A DNA stretch of 64,000 bases from a virus. Shown piece after piece: positions 1 through 9,287 of this stretch. The stretch's first letter is position 1; each line of letters starts with the position of its first letter. The stretch lies in IMG/VR virus record IMGVR_UViG_3300042090_002148. One strand, written 5' to 3'. The notes beneath the pieces are model-generated. The model had not been told where the DNA came from. It did no database searches and saw only the letters and a list, made by a program, of their open reading frames with translations. A program made the translations under genes and the position numbers.

Positions 1-835
1 CGGTCGGAGGCCCGCCGACGATCAAGACGAAGCCGTGCGATCCTGGGTCGCCGGTCGTGTTGAGCGTTCCGTTCGTGCTCACCGTACCGCCCGCTTGCCC
101 CGGTCGGATTGTCAGCGTCGTCGCCGGAGACGCGTTCGCGGCGGAGGTCCCGCCGTTGCACGTGACCGTGGTGGCGCCGATGACGAACGTCGAGCTACCA
201 CCGCTGACCGCTGGCGATGTTCCGCCCGCGCCGCACGTGTACGTGCACTCCTGGCCGCCCGTGACGGTCGCCGTGTACTCGGCATAGCTCCCCGCGCCAC
301 CGCCACCACCAGCCGCGGAATCGCCGGACGCGCCGCCCGCACCTGTGCCGGCGCCGCCTCCTCCCACGCCGTATATCTTGAGAGTCGTGGCCTCCAGGCT
401 CACCTGGTAGGTCCCCGACGTGCCGGTCAGGAGCGTCCGCCGAATCAGGCGACCGGTCTGCGTCGTGACGACGAGGTTGCCGTTGCCGTCGCGCGTGTCG
501 AACCCGGTCCCCTCGTAGGTGACCGTGTAGCCGATGCCCATCGACACGGACCAGAGCGTGACCACGTTCGTCCCGTCCGTGTGCTCGACGGTGATCGTGT
601 TTGTCGCGACTACGTTGTTGACGGTGATCGACTTCACCACGCGGACCACGCCCGAGGCGGGGCTCGCGACGACCACGACGGGCGTCGTCGCGGTCGCGTA
701 GGTTTGATTGAGGCGCCCGGGGGTGTAGGTGCCTGCGCTGCTATTGTAGTCGACCCAGGACGCTTGAATGTCGACCGTGTGGGCGACGGACAGGGTCAGC
801 TCGATCTCGTCGGACGTCGACGCGAGGACCAACAT
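1..835 (-). CDS. Glycine-rich tail fibre/accessory virion protein, paralog of 835..1896; runs off the window edge and is missing from the ORF track
   Basis: ATG at 835 overlaps the upstream TGA (TGATG). Manual translation MLVLASTSDEIELTLSVAHTVDIQASWVDYN...NTITVEHTDGTNVVTL...KIYGVGGGGAGTGAGG...GGGGGAGSYAEY is open to the edge and colinear with the upstream gene. Confidence 0.85.
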   Translation of the reverse strand, partial: MLVLASTSDEIELTLSVAHTVDIQASWVDYNSSAGTYTPGRLNQTYATATTPVVVVASPASGVVRVVKSITVNNVVATNTITVEHTDGTNVVTLWSVSMGIGYTVTYEGTGFDTRDGNGNLVVTTQTGRLIRRTLLTGTSGTYQVSLEATTLKIYGVGGGGAGTGAGGASGDSAAGGGGGAGSYAEYTATVTGGQECTYTCGAGGTSPAVSGGSSTFVIGATTVTCNGGTSAANASPATTLTIRPGQAGGTVSTNGTLNTTGDPGSHGFVLIVGGPPT

Positions 836-1896
836 CAGGAGAACTCATCGATAATGACCACACCCTGCGTCGAGGTCCCGCCCGTGCGCACCGTCGACGC
901 GCCCGTACAGGCGCCGCCGCCGCCCGCGCCGTAGCCCCCCGCCGCGTTGCCGTTGCCCACCGCAATGATCCCCGCGCCGCCGCCCCCGAACGGCGAACTG
1001 CCGCCCTTGCCGCCGCAGACGATCGGCGTGGCGACGATCAGGCACATGCCGGGCTCACCCGGGTTGCCCGTGCAGTTGACCGTGCCGCCCGTGGCGATCG
1101 TGCCGCCGGCCGCGCCCGCGTAGACCGTGAGGGTCGTGGCCGCGGTGCCGACCGCGCCGCCCGCCCCGCCCGGACACGTGACCGTTCCCGTGGGCGCGGC
1201 GAAGGTCGTGCTGTTCCCGTTCGTGCCGGCCGCGCCGCTCGTCCCCGTGACCGCCGCGCCGCACGTGTAGCTGTAGTTCGTGTTCGGCGTCACGGCGCCG
1301 ACCCACTCCGCGTAGGCGCCCGCGCCACCGCCAGGCGCCCCCGCCGCGGCCGACGCGAGCGAGGTGCACCCGCCGCCGGAGCCTCCCCCGCCGACCATGC
1401 GCACGCGCAGCGAGCGCGTCTGGGCCGTGGTTGTGAAGTTCGTGGCCGTGGTCGCGGTCAGCACGCTCGTCTTGAGCCACCGTCCCTGGATCGGGAAGCC
1501 GATCTGGCCGCCGTTGGCGTCGATGAGCTGCCAACCGGACACGTCCGAGTAGGTGAGCGTCCAGAGAGGCTGGAGCACGACGCCCTGGAGCGTGACGACG
1601 TTCGTCCCGTCCGTGTGCTCGACGGTGATCGTGTTCGAGACGGTCGAAGACGTGTTGTAGATCGAGAGGTACTTCAGCGCGCGCGAGTAGCCCGTCGTCC
1701 CCGGCGCCGACACGATCGTCGTCGTGCCAGAGCTGCCGGTGATGATGGTGTTCTGCCGACCCGGCGCGACCGGGGTCGATGCGCTCGCGGGCGACCCCTG
1801 GAGGTCGACGTACGACGCGTGACAGTGCGTCGTGATCGACGATGCCGAACTCACGACGAGCTCGATAAGGTCGCTCGTTGTGGTGAGCTCGATCAC
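835..1896 (-). CDS. Glycine-rich tail fibre/accessory virion protein
   Basis: 353 aa, T/S/G/A-rich; VRMVGGGGSGGG...GGGAGAY and GGxSxFGGGG glycine-rich repeats typical of phage fibre proteins; located in the tail module. Confidence 0.75.
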   Translation of the reverse strand: MIELTTTSDLIELVVSSASSITTHCHASYVDLQGSPASASTPVAPGRQNTIITGSSGTTTIVSAPGTTGYSRALKYLSIYNTSSTVSNTITVEHTDGTNVVTLQGVVLQPLWTLTYSDVSGWQLIDANGGQIGFPIQGRWLKTSVLTATTATNFTTTAQTRSLRVRMVGGGGSGGGCTSLASAAAGAPGGGAGAYAEWVGAVTPNTNYSYTCGAAVTGTSGAAGTNGNSTTFAAPTGTVTCPGGAGGAVGTAATTLTVYAGAAGGTIATGGTVNCTGNPGEPGMCLIVATPIVCGGKGGSSPFGGGGAGIIAVGNGNAAGGYGAGGGGACTGASTVRTGGTSTQGVVIIDEFS

Positions 1897-1954
1897 GTCG
1901 TCACGCTATCCCGCGCGGTCGGGGCGCGCCAGACCCCCCACCCCTTGCAAAACA

Positions 1955-2824
1955 CTAGATCGTCACGGTGACGGTGTTTTGCAGCGTGTCCCCCGAGACA
2001 AGCGTCGGAGGGCTGGGCTCCGCGGACTCGAAGGGGAAGACGCCGCCGTAGTTCGGCGAGCCGAGGATGGTCGCCGCGCCGGACTGCCCCTCGTTGTTGA
2101 TGGTCTCTGTGCCTGTCGCCGTCCACAGATGGACCAGCGTGTAGGTGGAGGCCGCTGCCGTGTGAGCGTAGGTCCCGACGGCGCGAGAGAAGCCATTCGT
2201 CGTGAGCTCGGCGCCCTGGGTGTTGAGGGAGAGGTCGGAGGTGGCCGGCGTGAAGGTCGAAGCCGAGACGCACATCCAGGAAGCAGGGTTCTGCCCTGGA
2301 AGGATCGTGTACTGTCCCGTCGCGGAAGGCGTTGTACCTGCGGCACCCGACGTTGACGCCGGGTTGTACCACTGGTCGACAGTCAGAACTGTCGAAGTGT
2401 TCGACGTGATGATGCCGTAGACGATGGACGGCGTCGTCGTGTACGCCACGACGATCTGACCTGCCAGCCCTTGGCCTGCCGTTGGGAACGACGCACCGGA
2501 GTTCGTCAGTGACGTCGCACTCGTAGCCGTTGCCGCACCCGTCGCCGTCGCGAATGCGAACGCCGGGCCCATGCCCATTGCTTTCGCGAGCCAGTCGTAG
2601 GCGTTCGGATAGCCCGAGGAGGTCGTGGTGGTGAGGTTGTGGCGCCAGCCCGAGGAGCTCTTGCGCGTCTTCCCGTTCTTCCCCGGCGAGACGCTGGTGA
2701 GCCAGTGCGAGTGCTTGTCCGAGGACTTGACCGCCCTCGAGGCCGCGCGGATGGCAGCAGAGACCGAGCGCGGCGCGCGCGCCGAGGAACGTCCGACTGC
2801 AGCCTTGACGAGATGCTTTCTCAC
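1955..2824 (-). CDS. Putative virion structural (tail) protein
   Basis: GTG at 2824 overlaps the upstream TGA; T/S/A/G-rich beta-type C-terminus (...ESAEPSPPTLVSGDTLQNTVTVTI). The track's longer N-terminus is a shadow extension. Confidence 0.6.
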   Translation of the reverse strand: MRKHLVKAAVGRSSARAPRSVSAAIRAASRAVKSSDKHSHWLTSVSPGKNGKTRKSSSGWRHNLTTTTSSGYPNAYDWLAKAMGMGPAFAFATATGAATATSATSLTNSGASFPTAGQGLAGQIVVAYTTTPSIVYGIITSNTSTVLTVDQWYNPASTSGAAGTTPSATGQYTILPGQNPASWMCVSASTFTPATSDLSLNTQGAELTTNGFSRAVGTYAHTAAASTYTLVHLWTATGTETINNEGQSGAATILGSPNYGGVFPFESAEPSPPTLVSGDTLQNTVTVTI

Positions 2825-3480
2825 GGCGACACCGCCTTCACCTTGAAGTGCTTGGAGAGATGGGCGATGTGGTCCTTCGCCGTCGCCGGCTGAAGGTACG
2901 CCTTCACGTGGGCCTCGACCTCGGAGGGGTCGATGTTGGGGACGTCGATCGTCTCGGCGCCCTCGTGGTGGCCGCACTTGGGGCACTGCGGTGGGACCTT
3001 CATGGTCCCCGCAGTCGGACCCTCGCCGACCGCGATCTCGCCGATGTACGTGTGAGCGTTGGCCGTCTTGCAGGCCTCGACTCGCGCCGTTTCGGACACG
3101 GTGTGCGGCGCGAGCATCGCGCGCATCATCTTCTCGTCCGGACCGTCGTCGTGGACGTCGAAGCCCTTGATCCAGGTGCGGTGCGCCTGGTGAGGCGTCA
3201 CGTTCTCACCCAGGTAGAAGGCAACCGCCTCGGTGCGGGTGAGCGTACGACCACCCTCAGGACGGCACTTCTCGTGGATGATCTTCGCGATGACCTGCTC
3301 CTCGGGCATCTGGACCGTGGTGACAGTCCCACCTGGGGGCGACTTGGTCACCTTCATCAGGTAGCCGCCGGCGGCGTTGGGCTTCACCTTCTCGGAGGCG
3401 ATGTCCTGGGGCGTGACGGGCACACCGACAGGTACCGGCTCCCAGTCGTAGAACTTGCTGACCTTGACGGCGATGTGCAT
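2821..3480 (-). CDS. Hypothetical protein with CPKC motif
   Basis: 219 aa, phage-like GC3-rich codons, RBS-like GAGG upstream. Confidence 0.6.
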   Translation of the reverse strand: MHIAVKVSKFYDWEPVPVGVPVTPQDIASEKVKPNAAGGYLMKVTKSPPGGTVTTVQMPEEQVIAKIIHEKCRPEGGRTLTRTEAVAFYLGENVTPHQAHRTWIKGFDVHDDGPDEKMMRAMLAPHTVSETARVEACKTANAHTYIGEIAVGEGPTAGTMKVPPQCPKCGHHEGAETIDVPNIDPSEVEAHVKAYLQPATAKDHIAHLSKHFKVKAVSP

Positions 3481-3540
3481 GTGGCCTCTGCCTCTTGAGT
3501 TGAATCTACACCGCCGCGCGCCAGTAAGGGAACCGCCGGG

Positions 3541-4293
3541 CTAGGGGTGCCAGTGCTGGATGAAGTACGCGATGCCGCCGCCGATCAGCGTCAGAACACC
3601 GACTGTGGTGCCCACGATGAACGTCCACTTCTTGCGGGTAGCATCCGCCTCGGCGAGCTCGATCTCGCGTTCCTGGCGTTGCTGCAGAAGGAGGTCACCC
3701 CTCGCACGCTCTGCGGCCTCGCGCTCGGAGGAGATGCGCTGGCTCTCCTCGATCTGCTTCTTCAGGTTCTCGATGACCTCGAGGGGCACCGTGAAGTTCG
3801 AGCCCGTCGGACTACGATTCGCTGGCATCTCGACCGGAGGAGGCGGAGGAGGGACCGAGAGGATGACCGGCGCGGGCACGGCCTTGAGGCTCCCGGAGAC
3901 GGTTCTCTTCGCCTTCACGTAGAGCGCCGGGTTGTCCTCGAGCATCTGCTGGACGAACTTCCGTGTGGCGATGGACTCTTGCTTCGCCGCGCTCGCTTCG
4001 CTGAACGCCCTGCCGGCCATCTCGAAGGCCTCAGCTGATGCGTTCGCGGAGCGGTGCGAGTGCACGGCGGACATCCGGGCGTACCACTCCGGGGTCTTGC
4101 CCAGGGGGATAGCGTCCAGTGCTCGCTTCAAGGACTCGTCCATGGCCTCGGCTCGCTCGTCGGGTACGGTGCGGCGTGTCGCGACTTCTGTGGCTCCCAG
4201 CGGCGGAGGACGTAGCGGGGTGATCACTTTGGCTTCCTCTGTGGCTGAAGCGGGGCTGGTGGGGGGCACACGGAAGTCGGCGGGGTCGTGCAT
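3541..4293 (-). CDS. Coiled-coil protein with single C-terminal transmembrane helix (holin/XhlA-like possible)
   Basis: GGAGG RBS; charged helix followed by KKWTFIVGTTVGVLTLIGGGIAYFI. Confidence 0.55.
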   Translation of the reverse strand: MHDPADFRVPPTSPASATEEAKVITPLRPPPLGATEVATRRTVPDERAEAMDESLKRALDAIPLGKTPEWYARMSAVHSHRSANASAEAFEMAGRAFSEASAAKQESIATRKFVQQMLEDNPALYVKAKRTVSGSLKAVPAPVILSVPPPPPPVEMPANRSPTGSNFTVPLEVIENLKKQIEESQRISSEREAAERARGDLLLQQRQEREIELAEADATRKKWTFIVGTTVGVLTLIGGGIAYFIQHWHP

Positions 4294-4341
4294 GGGGCCT
4301 CCAGCTCGTCTCTCAGGCTACCACGCGGCCCTGTGACCTGG

Positions 4342-4680
4342 TCAACCGCGCCGCTTCGTCTTGGCCGGGAACTGCACGACCGATGGGGGCAGCAGGTCCG
4401 TGAAAACTGCCTGCACATACGGCATCGCCGCACGCTCGATCCACGTCGGGATGACCGGTTCACCGGGGAGGGGCACCACCGCGTTGATGGCTGCGAGCTC
4501 CGCCGACGTGGGACGCCGTCGCGTGCCGAGAAGGGAGTGAGGCACCTCCCTGCTGTTCGCGTCGGTCGCAATGACGTGCAGACCGATCACCGTCTTGTTG
4601 TTCTTCGGATCCATGACGGGCTTGATGTGCAGCCCCGTGACGGTCGCCGAGACCGTGACTACTTTCGACACCGGGATCAT
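4342..4680 (-). CDS. Hypothetical protein
   Basis: 112 aa, fills the gap between virion genes, GC3-rich. Confidence 0.6.
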   Translation of the reverse strand: MIPVSKVVTVSATVTGLHIKPVMDPKNNKTVIGLHVIATDANSREVPHSLLGTRRRPTSAELAAINAVVPLPGEPVIPTWIERAAMPYVQAVFTDLLPPSVVQFPAKTKRRG

Positions 4681-4696
4681 GTAGACCGTCCTTCTC

Positions 4697-7600
4697 TTAG
4701 GTGCCCTTCATCATGATGAAGGCGTTGCCGCCCGTCGCAGTGACGAGAGCGCTTGTGTTTGCAGGAATGGGGACCGAGCTCCCTGACGACCAGGAGAAGT
4801 CGCAGGTGTAGGACGTGACGTTCCGCACAACGACCTGGCAGCCGCTCGCGGGTGGTCTCTGGCTGGTGACGCTGAAGGTCGTCGAGAGGCCGCCGTTCTC
4901 GACGTAGAGCATCGCCGCTGCGCTCTGTGCAGCAGTCAGCGCGTTGGCTCCCGGAGTAGCAAAGAGGGTGCAGAAGCCCTCTCGTTGCGAAGCGCGAACC
5001 ACGAACCAGTTGGATCCGTCCCATTCGATCTCGACGAAACCGTTGTCGGTCTCGAGGACGTACGAGCTCTGCCCGTTGATACTTCCGTAGCTCGGTACGA
5101 GGGTGAGCGGGTTGTCCGCTGCCTGTCCCTGCGCGTCAAGGAAGAGAACCTTGGTGCCGGGCGCCGGCTTCACCTGGATGTCGAAGGTGTTCGGGCCGGT
5201 GTAGCCGCTGTACTCCACCACGCGCGCGCCAAGACGCCCCTGCGACCAGCTCGTGATGCCGCCAACGTTGTTGCCTGGGAAGGTGACGATGGCATCGATC
5301 GTCCCGTAGTCGATGCCCGGTGGCTTCTTCGCGATGCGCTGGATGCTGAGCGTCCCGCCGTAGTCCTGCCAGGACAGCGCCCCGTTGCTTGGGTCGGTCG
5401 GATCCGCAGACGGATTGACGAGACCGATCTGCGTGGGGGAGATCCAGTTCGCAACGAAGAAGAACCCGGAGTTCTGCGTCTCGCCTCCGTAGACGTACAC
5501 ATAGCAGCCCTGGATGTTGCTGCTCCAGGCTGCGGAGGAGTCCGAGAACGTCGCAACATTGCCCACAGGAGACGCCCAGGTTCCCAAGAAGCCGCTGTTG
5601 ACCGACCCCAGCGTATCTTCCCAAGGCCCTGTTGCGACGAAGACCTCGCCATCCTGGAACGCGAGGCCGCGCGTAGCGTTGGCCTGGAAGCCGAAGTACT
5701 CGACAGGCAGCCCTGTCGCCGGACTGATCTTCATGACCGCCGACGTGAACAGGTTCTGGACCAGCCCGGTGATGTAGACGAACTCCCCGTCGAAGTAGAT
5801 GCGACTGTCCGAGCTCAGCGACATCGTGTAGCCGCTGTCGCCCTGCACGTAGAACGAAAAAACAACCTGTCCTGTCTTCGTGATCTGCGCGTAGTAGTTG
5901 TTCTCCCGATCGATGGTCCACAGGTATGTTCCATCGTAGACCATGTCATCGACGTTGCTGACCCCGCTGGGGTACGGGAACGACGCCATGGTCGTGAGGG
6001 CGAGCCCGTCACCCTGATGCAGGTTGATCGTCGCGTAGTTGATCGTCTCTTCCGTGGAGAGGACGAACCAGAAGTTCGGAGTGTCGAGCTCCTGGCAGAT
6101 CGCCGTGGGCGTGCCGCCAGAGGAGTGCACCGCCGTCTGGGCGATGGTGTTGTTCAGCGGGTCCACGGCCCAGACGTTTCCGCCCTCTGGATCCGTCCAC
6201 ACCGCGATCGCGGAGTAGTAGAGGTCTCCGCCTACGGAGTTGAGCGCGTCATCCGCGAGGATCAGAATCCCGCGAGCACCTGGCCAAGAGCCGGTGATCG
6301 CGTTGATGCCGTAGAAGCCCCCAGCCTGTGGGGCGTACCCGATGGCCTGGACGGCCGTGTTCGACACGTAGAGGACGAAGTCGCTCGGTCCTCCGATGAG
6401 AGATGTCGGGTCAGACGCCGTCTTGAAGGCGATGAGTGTGTTCGGCAGGGTGAGGCCGTCGTTCACCGTGAACTCTGCGAGCTTCTGCCCCGTACTGATG
6501 CTGTACGCCAGGATGGAGGGGCTCGAGGCCCCGAACGCCGGCCATCCGCTCATGTAGAGGATGTTCCCGAGCACGGCGATGTCCGAGCTACCCACGGGGT
6601 TGCCCGGCTCGGGGGAGTTGTACGACAGGTCCCCAACCGAGGGAGAGAACGAGCCGTCACTGTACGGGTACTGCACGCGCGGGCTCGCCGTGCCAGTACC
6701 AGGGCTGGGCTGCGCGCCCCACACCACGTCGGCCCCCGTGCCACCCGGGTAGGATCGAGAGAGTGCTGCTGTAGCCGCGCGCTGGGCGCGATACCCGGTG
6801 CGGCGCTCTCGCACTCCCAGCGTAGGGCGCAGGTTCACCACGGAGGTGAAACCCTGACTCCCGTCCCAGACCACCAGCGCCGACGCACCCGGGGGGATGG
6901 GATCGCCAAGCGTGATGTTGTTGTCGTTCGTGACCGTGACGGGCTGCTCCGTCTGGTTGGCGATCCAACCCAAGAAAGGGCTGGCCTGCACTTGTACGGT
7001 CGCAGGAGTCGACGGTGAACCCGTCAGCGTCCACGTGAACGGGTTCTGGAAACTCGCTACAGCACTGCCGCTCGTGATGTCGTTCTGCTGAGCCGAGAAG
7101 ATGGTGGGTGTTACAGGCGGCTGCGTGTCGTAGTTGACGGTTGTTCCGTCGAACGTGATGGCGTTGCCTGGACTCTCGACGGTCACAGAGCTCGGAGAGA
7201 AGACTACCCCGTACCCAGAGGTCGTCTGGTTCTCGAAGAAGCAGCGGAACGGACCTACGAGCTGCGTACAGAGCTGGATGGTGCTCACGCTTGTTCCCGT
7301 CAGCTGAACAACTCCTGACTCCGTGACCGAAGGAGTGGCGTATGCAAGAGAGACCGCGAAGGTCGACTGCGCGAAGGCCCCGAACCACGTGGAGTAGCAA
7401 CCGAGAGTACTGTTGGCGGTGCCGCTGCCGAACGCGATACTGCTCGTCGGTCCGATGGTTGAATCAACCAGCTTGAGCTGCGTGCCGCTGAGCGACGCAG
7501 TGAGTGCCGGCCACGTCGAGTGGATAGCTGCGAACAGTGTCGACATGCTGGCGGCGTTGCCCGTGCCGACGAGGTTGAGCGTGATCGGCGAAGCACCGTT

Positions 7601-8983
7601 CACCGCGATGATGAGCGTTGTCCCATCCAGCGACCCACCCATGCCGTAGAGGCTGCCGGAGGTGATGTTCTGGTAGCCGACGAAGGTAGCGCCCGTCCCA
7701 GAGTCTCCGTTCACAGCCGCGGTGTTCTGAATCTGAACCGTCCCGCTGTCGATCCAGCTTGTGACGGTGAACGTGCCGTTGTTCCCGGAGTTCTTGAAGC
7801 CCGACAGAACAAGAGCAGAGGGCTGCTGAGCACCGACGTTGACTCCCCCAAGACCGACCGTAGTTATCTCCTCGAGGTAGACCGCGTTGTTCGCGCTCCC
7901 GTTCCGGATACCGATCGAGCTCGTGACCCCAAGCACGCTGTCCGTGAGCGTCAGCTCTCCAGCCGGGTTGAGCGAGGCCGTCAGTGTGGGCCACGTCGAG
8001 TGGATAGCTGCGAAGAACGCGGCTTGGTTTGCGGCGTTACCCGTGCCTGACAGAGCCAACGTAGTCGGGCCGGTACTTACGATCCCGCCGCTCGTGTAGT
8101 ACCCGGTGTACGAGGACCCCTGGAGCGTGAAGTGCGTCGAGTCGATGACCGTGACAAGCCAGTCACTGTTCTCGCCGTAGTTCGGCGTGACTCCGGTGAT
8201 CGTGATGGAGTCGTTCGTCGCAAGACCCGTCGGTGCTGCTGTTTCGATCTCCCACAGGCCGCCGTTGTCGGTGACGTTCACGATCGTCCCGAGCTCGACG
8301 GGGTTCACGTTGATGATGAGGTGCGTCCCATCCAGTGTTCCGCCGACGCCGTAGACCCCGCTTCCCGGCACCGCGTAGTAGCCGTGGTTGACCGCGCCCT
8401 TGGGGCCCAGTCCCGAGATAGTGGCGTGCGTCCCATCGAAAGCGGTCACAGAGGCCGCGGGCTGAGCAGTGCCGGCGCTCGTGCAGTCAACCTCGGTGAC
8501 CTGCACGCTCCCGCCGGCGCTGAGCGTCAGAACGTACGCGAGGATGGCCTCGAAGAACGGGGCGTAGCCACGCTCGTTCTGCGAACCCGTGATCGGCGGA
8601 ATGAGGACGTTGTCTTCGTTGACGCGCTCGCCGAAGGCCGGCAAGCACAACCCGTGAAAGAGTAGAACGCCGGTGCTGCTGTAACGAACGCGGATGACGA
8701 GAACAACGATGTTCCCAAGACCGCCGCTGTTCGTGACGAGCTGGATGCGGTAGGTCCCAGGCAAGTCGGGCGTGAAGGTCGCCGTCGGTGTCGTCGAGCC
8801 TGAGAAGACCACCGCGCTGCCCGGCGGAACATCGAGGAAGGACCACTGCCAGGCGGTGTTTCCGGAGAGCGTGCTGTGGCAGGACACCAGCTGCGACAGC
8901 CAGATGTCGTCGCGAGCAACGCCAGGTGTGCCAACCGGGATCGGGTTGGCGGGCTGGTCAAACCTGATCTGCGCACCGGGCAT
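4697..8983 (-). CDS. Large modular tail fibre/spike-like protein (N-terminal PKD/Ig-like domain, internal repeats, FCCH-like beta domain, beta-propeller-like segment)
   Basis: 1428 aa; AWQWSFLDVPPGS...ATFTPDLPGTYRIQL is PKD-like; repeated YGxGGxLDGT..II.VN...GTGNAA...AAIHSTWP.LTASL module; TAAPTGLATNDSITITGV...VTVIDSTHFTL. Confidence 0.75.
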   Translation of the reverse strand: MPGAQIRFDQPANPIPVGTPGVARDDIWLSQLVSCHSTLSGNTAWQWSFLDVPPGSAVVFSGSTTPTATFTPDLPGTYRIQLVTNSGGLGNIVVLVIRVRYSSTGVLLFHGLCLPAFGERVNEDNVLIPPITGSQNERGYAPFFEAILAYVLTLSAGGSVQVTEVDCTSAGTAQPAASVTAFDGTHATISGLGPKGAVNHGYYAVPGSGVYGVGGTLDGTHLIINVNPVELGTIVNVTDNGGLWEIETAAPTGLATNDSITITGVTPNYGENSDWLVTVIDSTHFTLQGSSYTGYYTSGGIVSTGPTTLALSGTGNAANQAAFFAAIHSTWPTLTASLNPAGELTLTDSVLGVTSSIGIRNGSANNAVYLEEITTVGLGGVNVGAQQPSALVLSGFKNSGNNGTFTVTSWIDSGTVQIQNTAAVNGDSGTGATFVGYQNITSGSLYGMGGSLDGTTLIIAVNGASPITLNLVGTGNAASMSTLFAAIHSTWPALTASLSGTQLKLVDSTIGPTSSIAFGSGTANSTLGCYSTWFGAFAQSTFAVSLAYATPSVTESGVVQLTGTSVSTIQLCTQLVGPFRCFFENQTTSGYGVVFSPSSVTVESPGNAITFDGTTVNYDTQPPVTPTIFSAQQNDITSGSAVASFQNPFTWTLTGSPSTPATVQVQASPFLGWIANQTEQPVTVTNDNNITLGDPIPPGASALVVWDGSQGFTSVVNLRPTLGVRERRTGYRAQRAATAALSRSYPGGTGADVVWGAQPSPGTGTASPRVQYPYSDGSFSPSVGDLSYNSPEPGNPVGSSDIAVLGNILYMSGWPAFGASSPSILAYSISTGQKLAEFTVNDGLTLPNTLIAFKTASDPTSLIGGPSDFVLYVSNTAVQAIGYAPQAGGFYGINAITGSWPGARGILILADDALNSVGGDLYYSAIAVWTDPEGGNVWAVDPLNNTIAQTAVHSSGGTPTAICQELDTPNFWFVLSTEETINYATINLHQGDGLALTTMASFPYPSGVSNVDDMVYDGTYLWTIDRENNYYAQITKTGQVVFSFYVQGDSGYTMSLSSDSRIYFDGEFVYITGLVQNLFTSAVMKISPATGLPVEYFGFQANATRGLAFQDGEVFVATGPWEDTLGSVNSGFLGTWASPVGNVATFSDSSAAWSSNIQGCYVYVYGGETQNSGFFFVANWISPTQIGLVNPSADPTDPSNGALSWQDYGGTLSIQRIAKKPPGIDYGTIDAIVTFPGNNVGGITSWSQGRLGARVVEYSGYTGPNTFDIQVKPAPGTKVLFLDAQGQAADNPLTLVPSYGSINGQSSYVLETDNGFVEIEWDGSNWFVVRASQREGFCTLFATPGANALTAAQSAAAMLYVENGGLSTTFSVTSQRPPASGCQVVVRNVTSYTCDFSWSSGSSVPIPANTSALVTATGGNAFIMMKGT

Positions 8984-9017
8984 TGCTCTGGTCTCCTACA
9001 CGCTGTACTTGTACGTG

Positions 9018-9287
9018 ATGCCGCCCTTCAAGGAGCTCGACCCCGAGGTTACCAGGAAGCTGCTCGAAGGGCACGAGGACGTCCTGACTCCAGCCGTCCT
9101 GAAGCAGGACGAGTTCTACCGATCGTGTCGCTGCCCACGATGCGGGAAGACGTGCCAGAAGGAGTTCGTGAAGGGACACACCTTCGCCGACGAGAACAAC
9201 ATCGCGCCAAGGTCTTGTCTTCGCTGCACCACCTGCAAGTGCCTCTTCGACCCGCATTCCGGCATCATCCTGGAGAACGCAGGCTAG
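9018..9287 (+). CDS. Small zinc-ribbon protein on the opposite strand within the baseplate cluster
   Basis: 89 aa MPPFKELDPEV...CRCPRCG...CLRCTTCKC, GC3-rich in this frame; its TAG overlaps the baseplate gene TAG (CTAG at 9284-9287). Confidence 0.7.
   Translation: MPPFKELDPEVTRKLLEGHEDVLTPAVLKQDEFYRSCRCPRCGKTCQKEFVKGHTFADENNIAPRSCLRCTTCKCLFDPHSGIILENAG

Noticed and set aside
1-1896. Invertible tail-fibre cassette (Gin/Cin-like)
   Set aside because: The paralogs are in direct orientation, and no inverted recombination sites or invertase are present.
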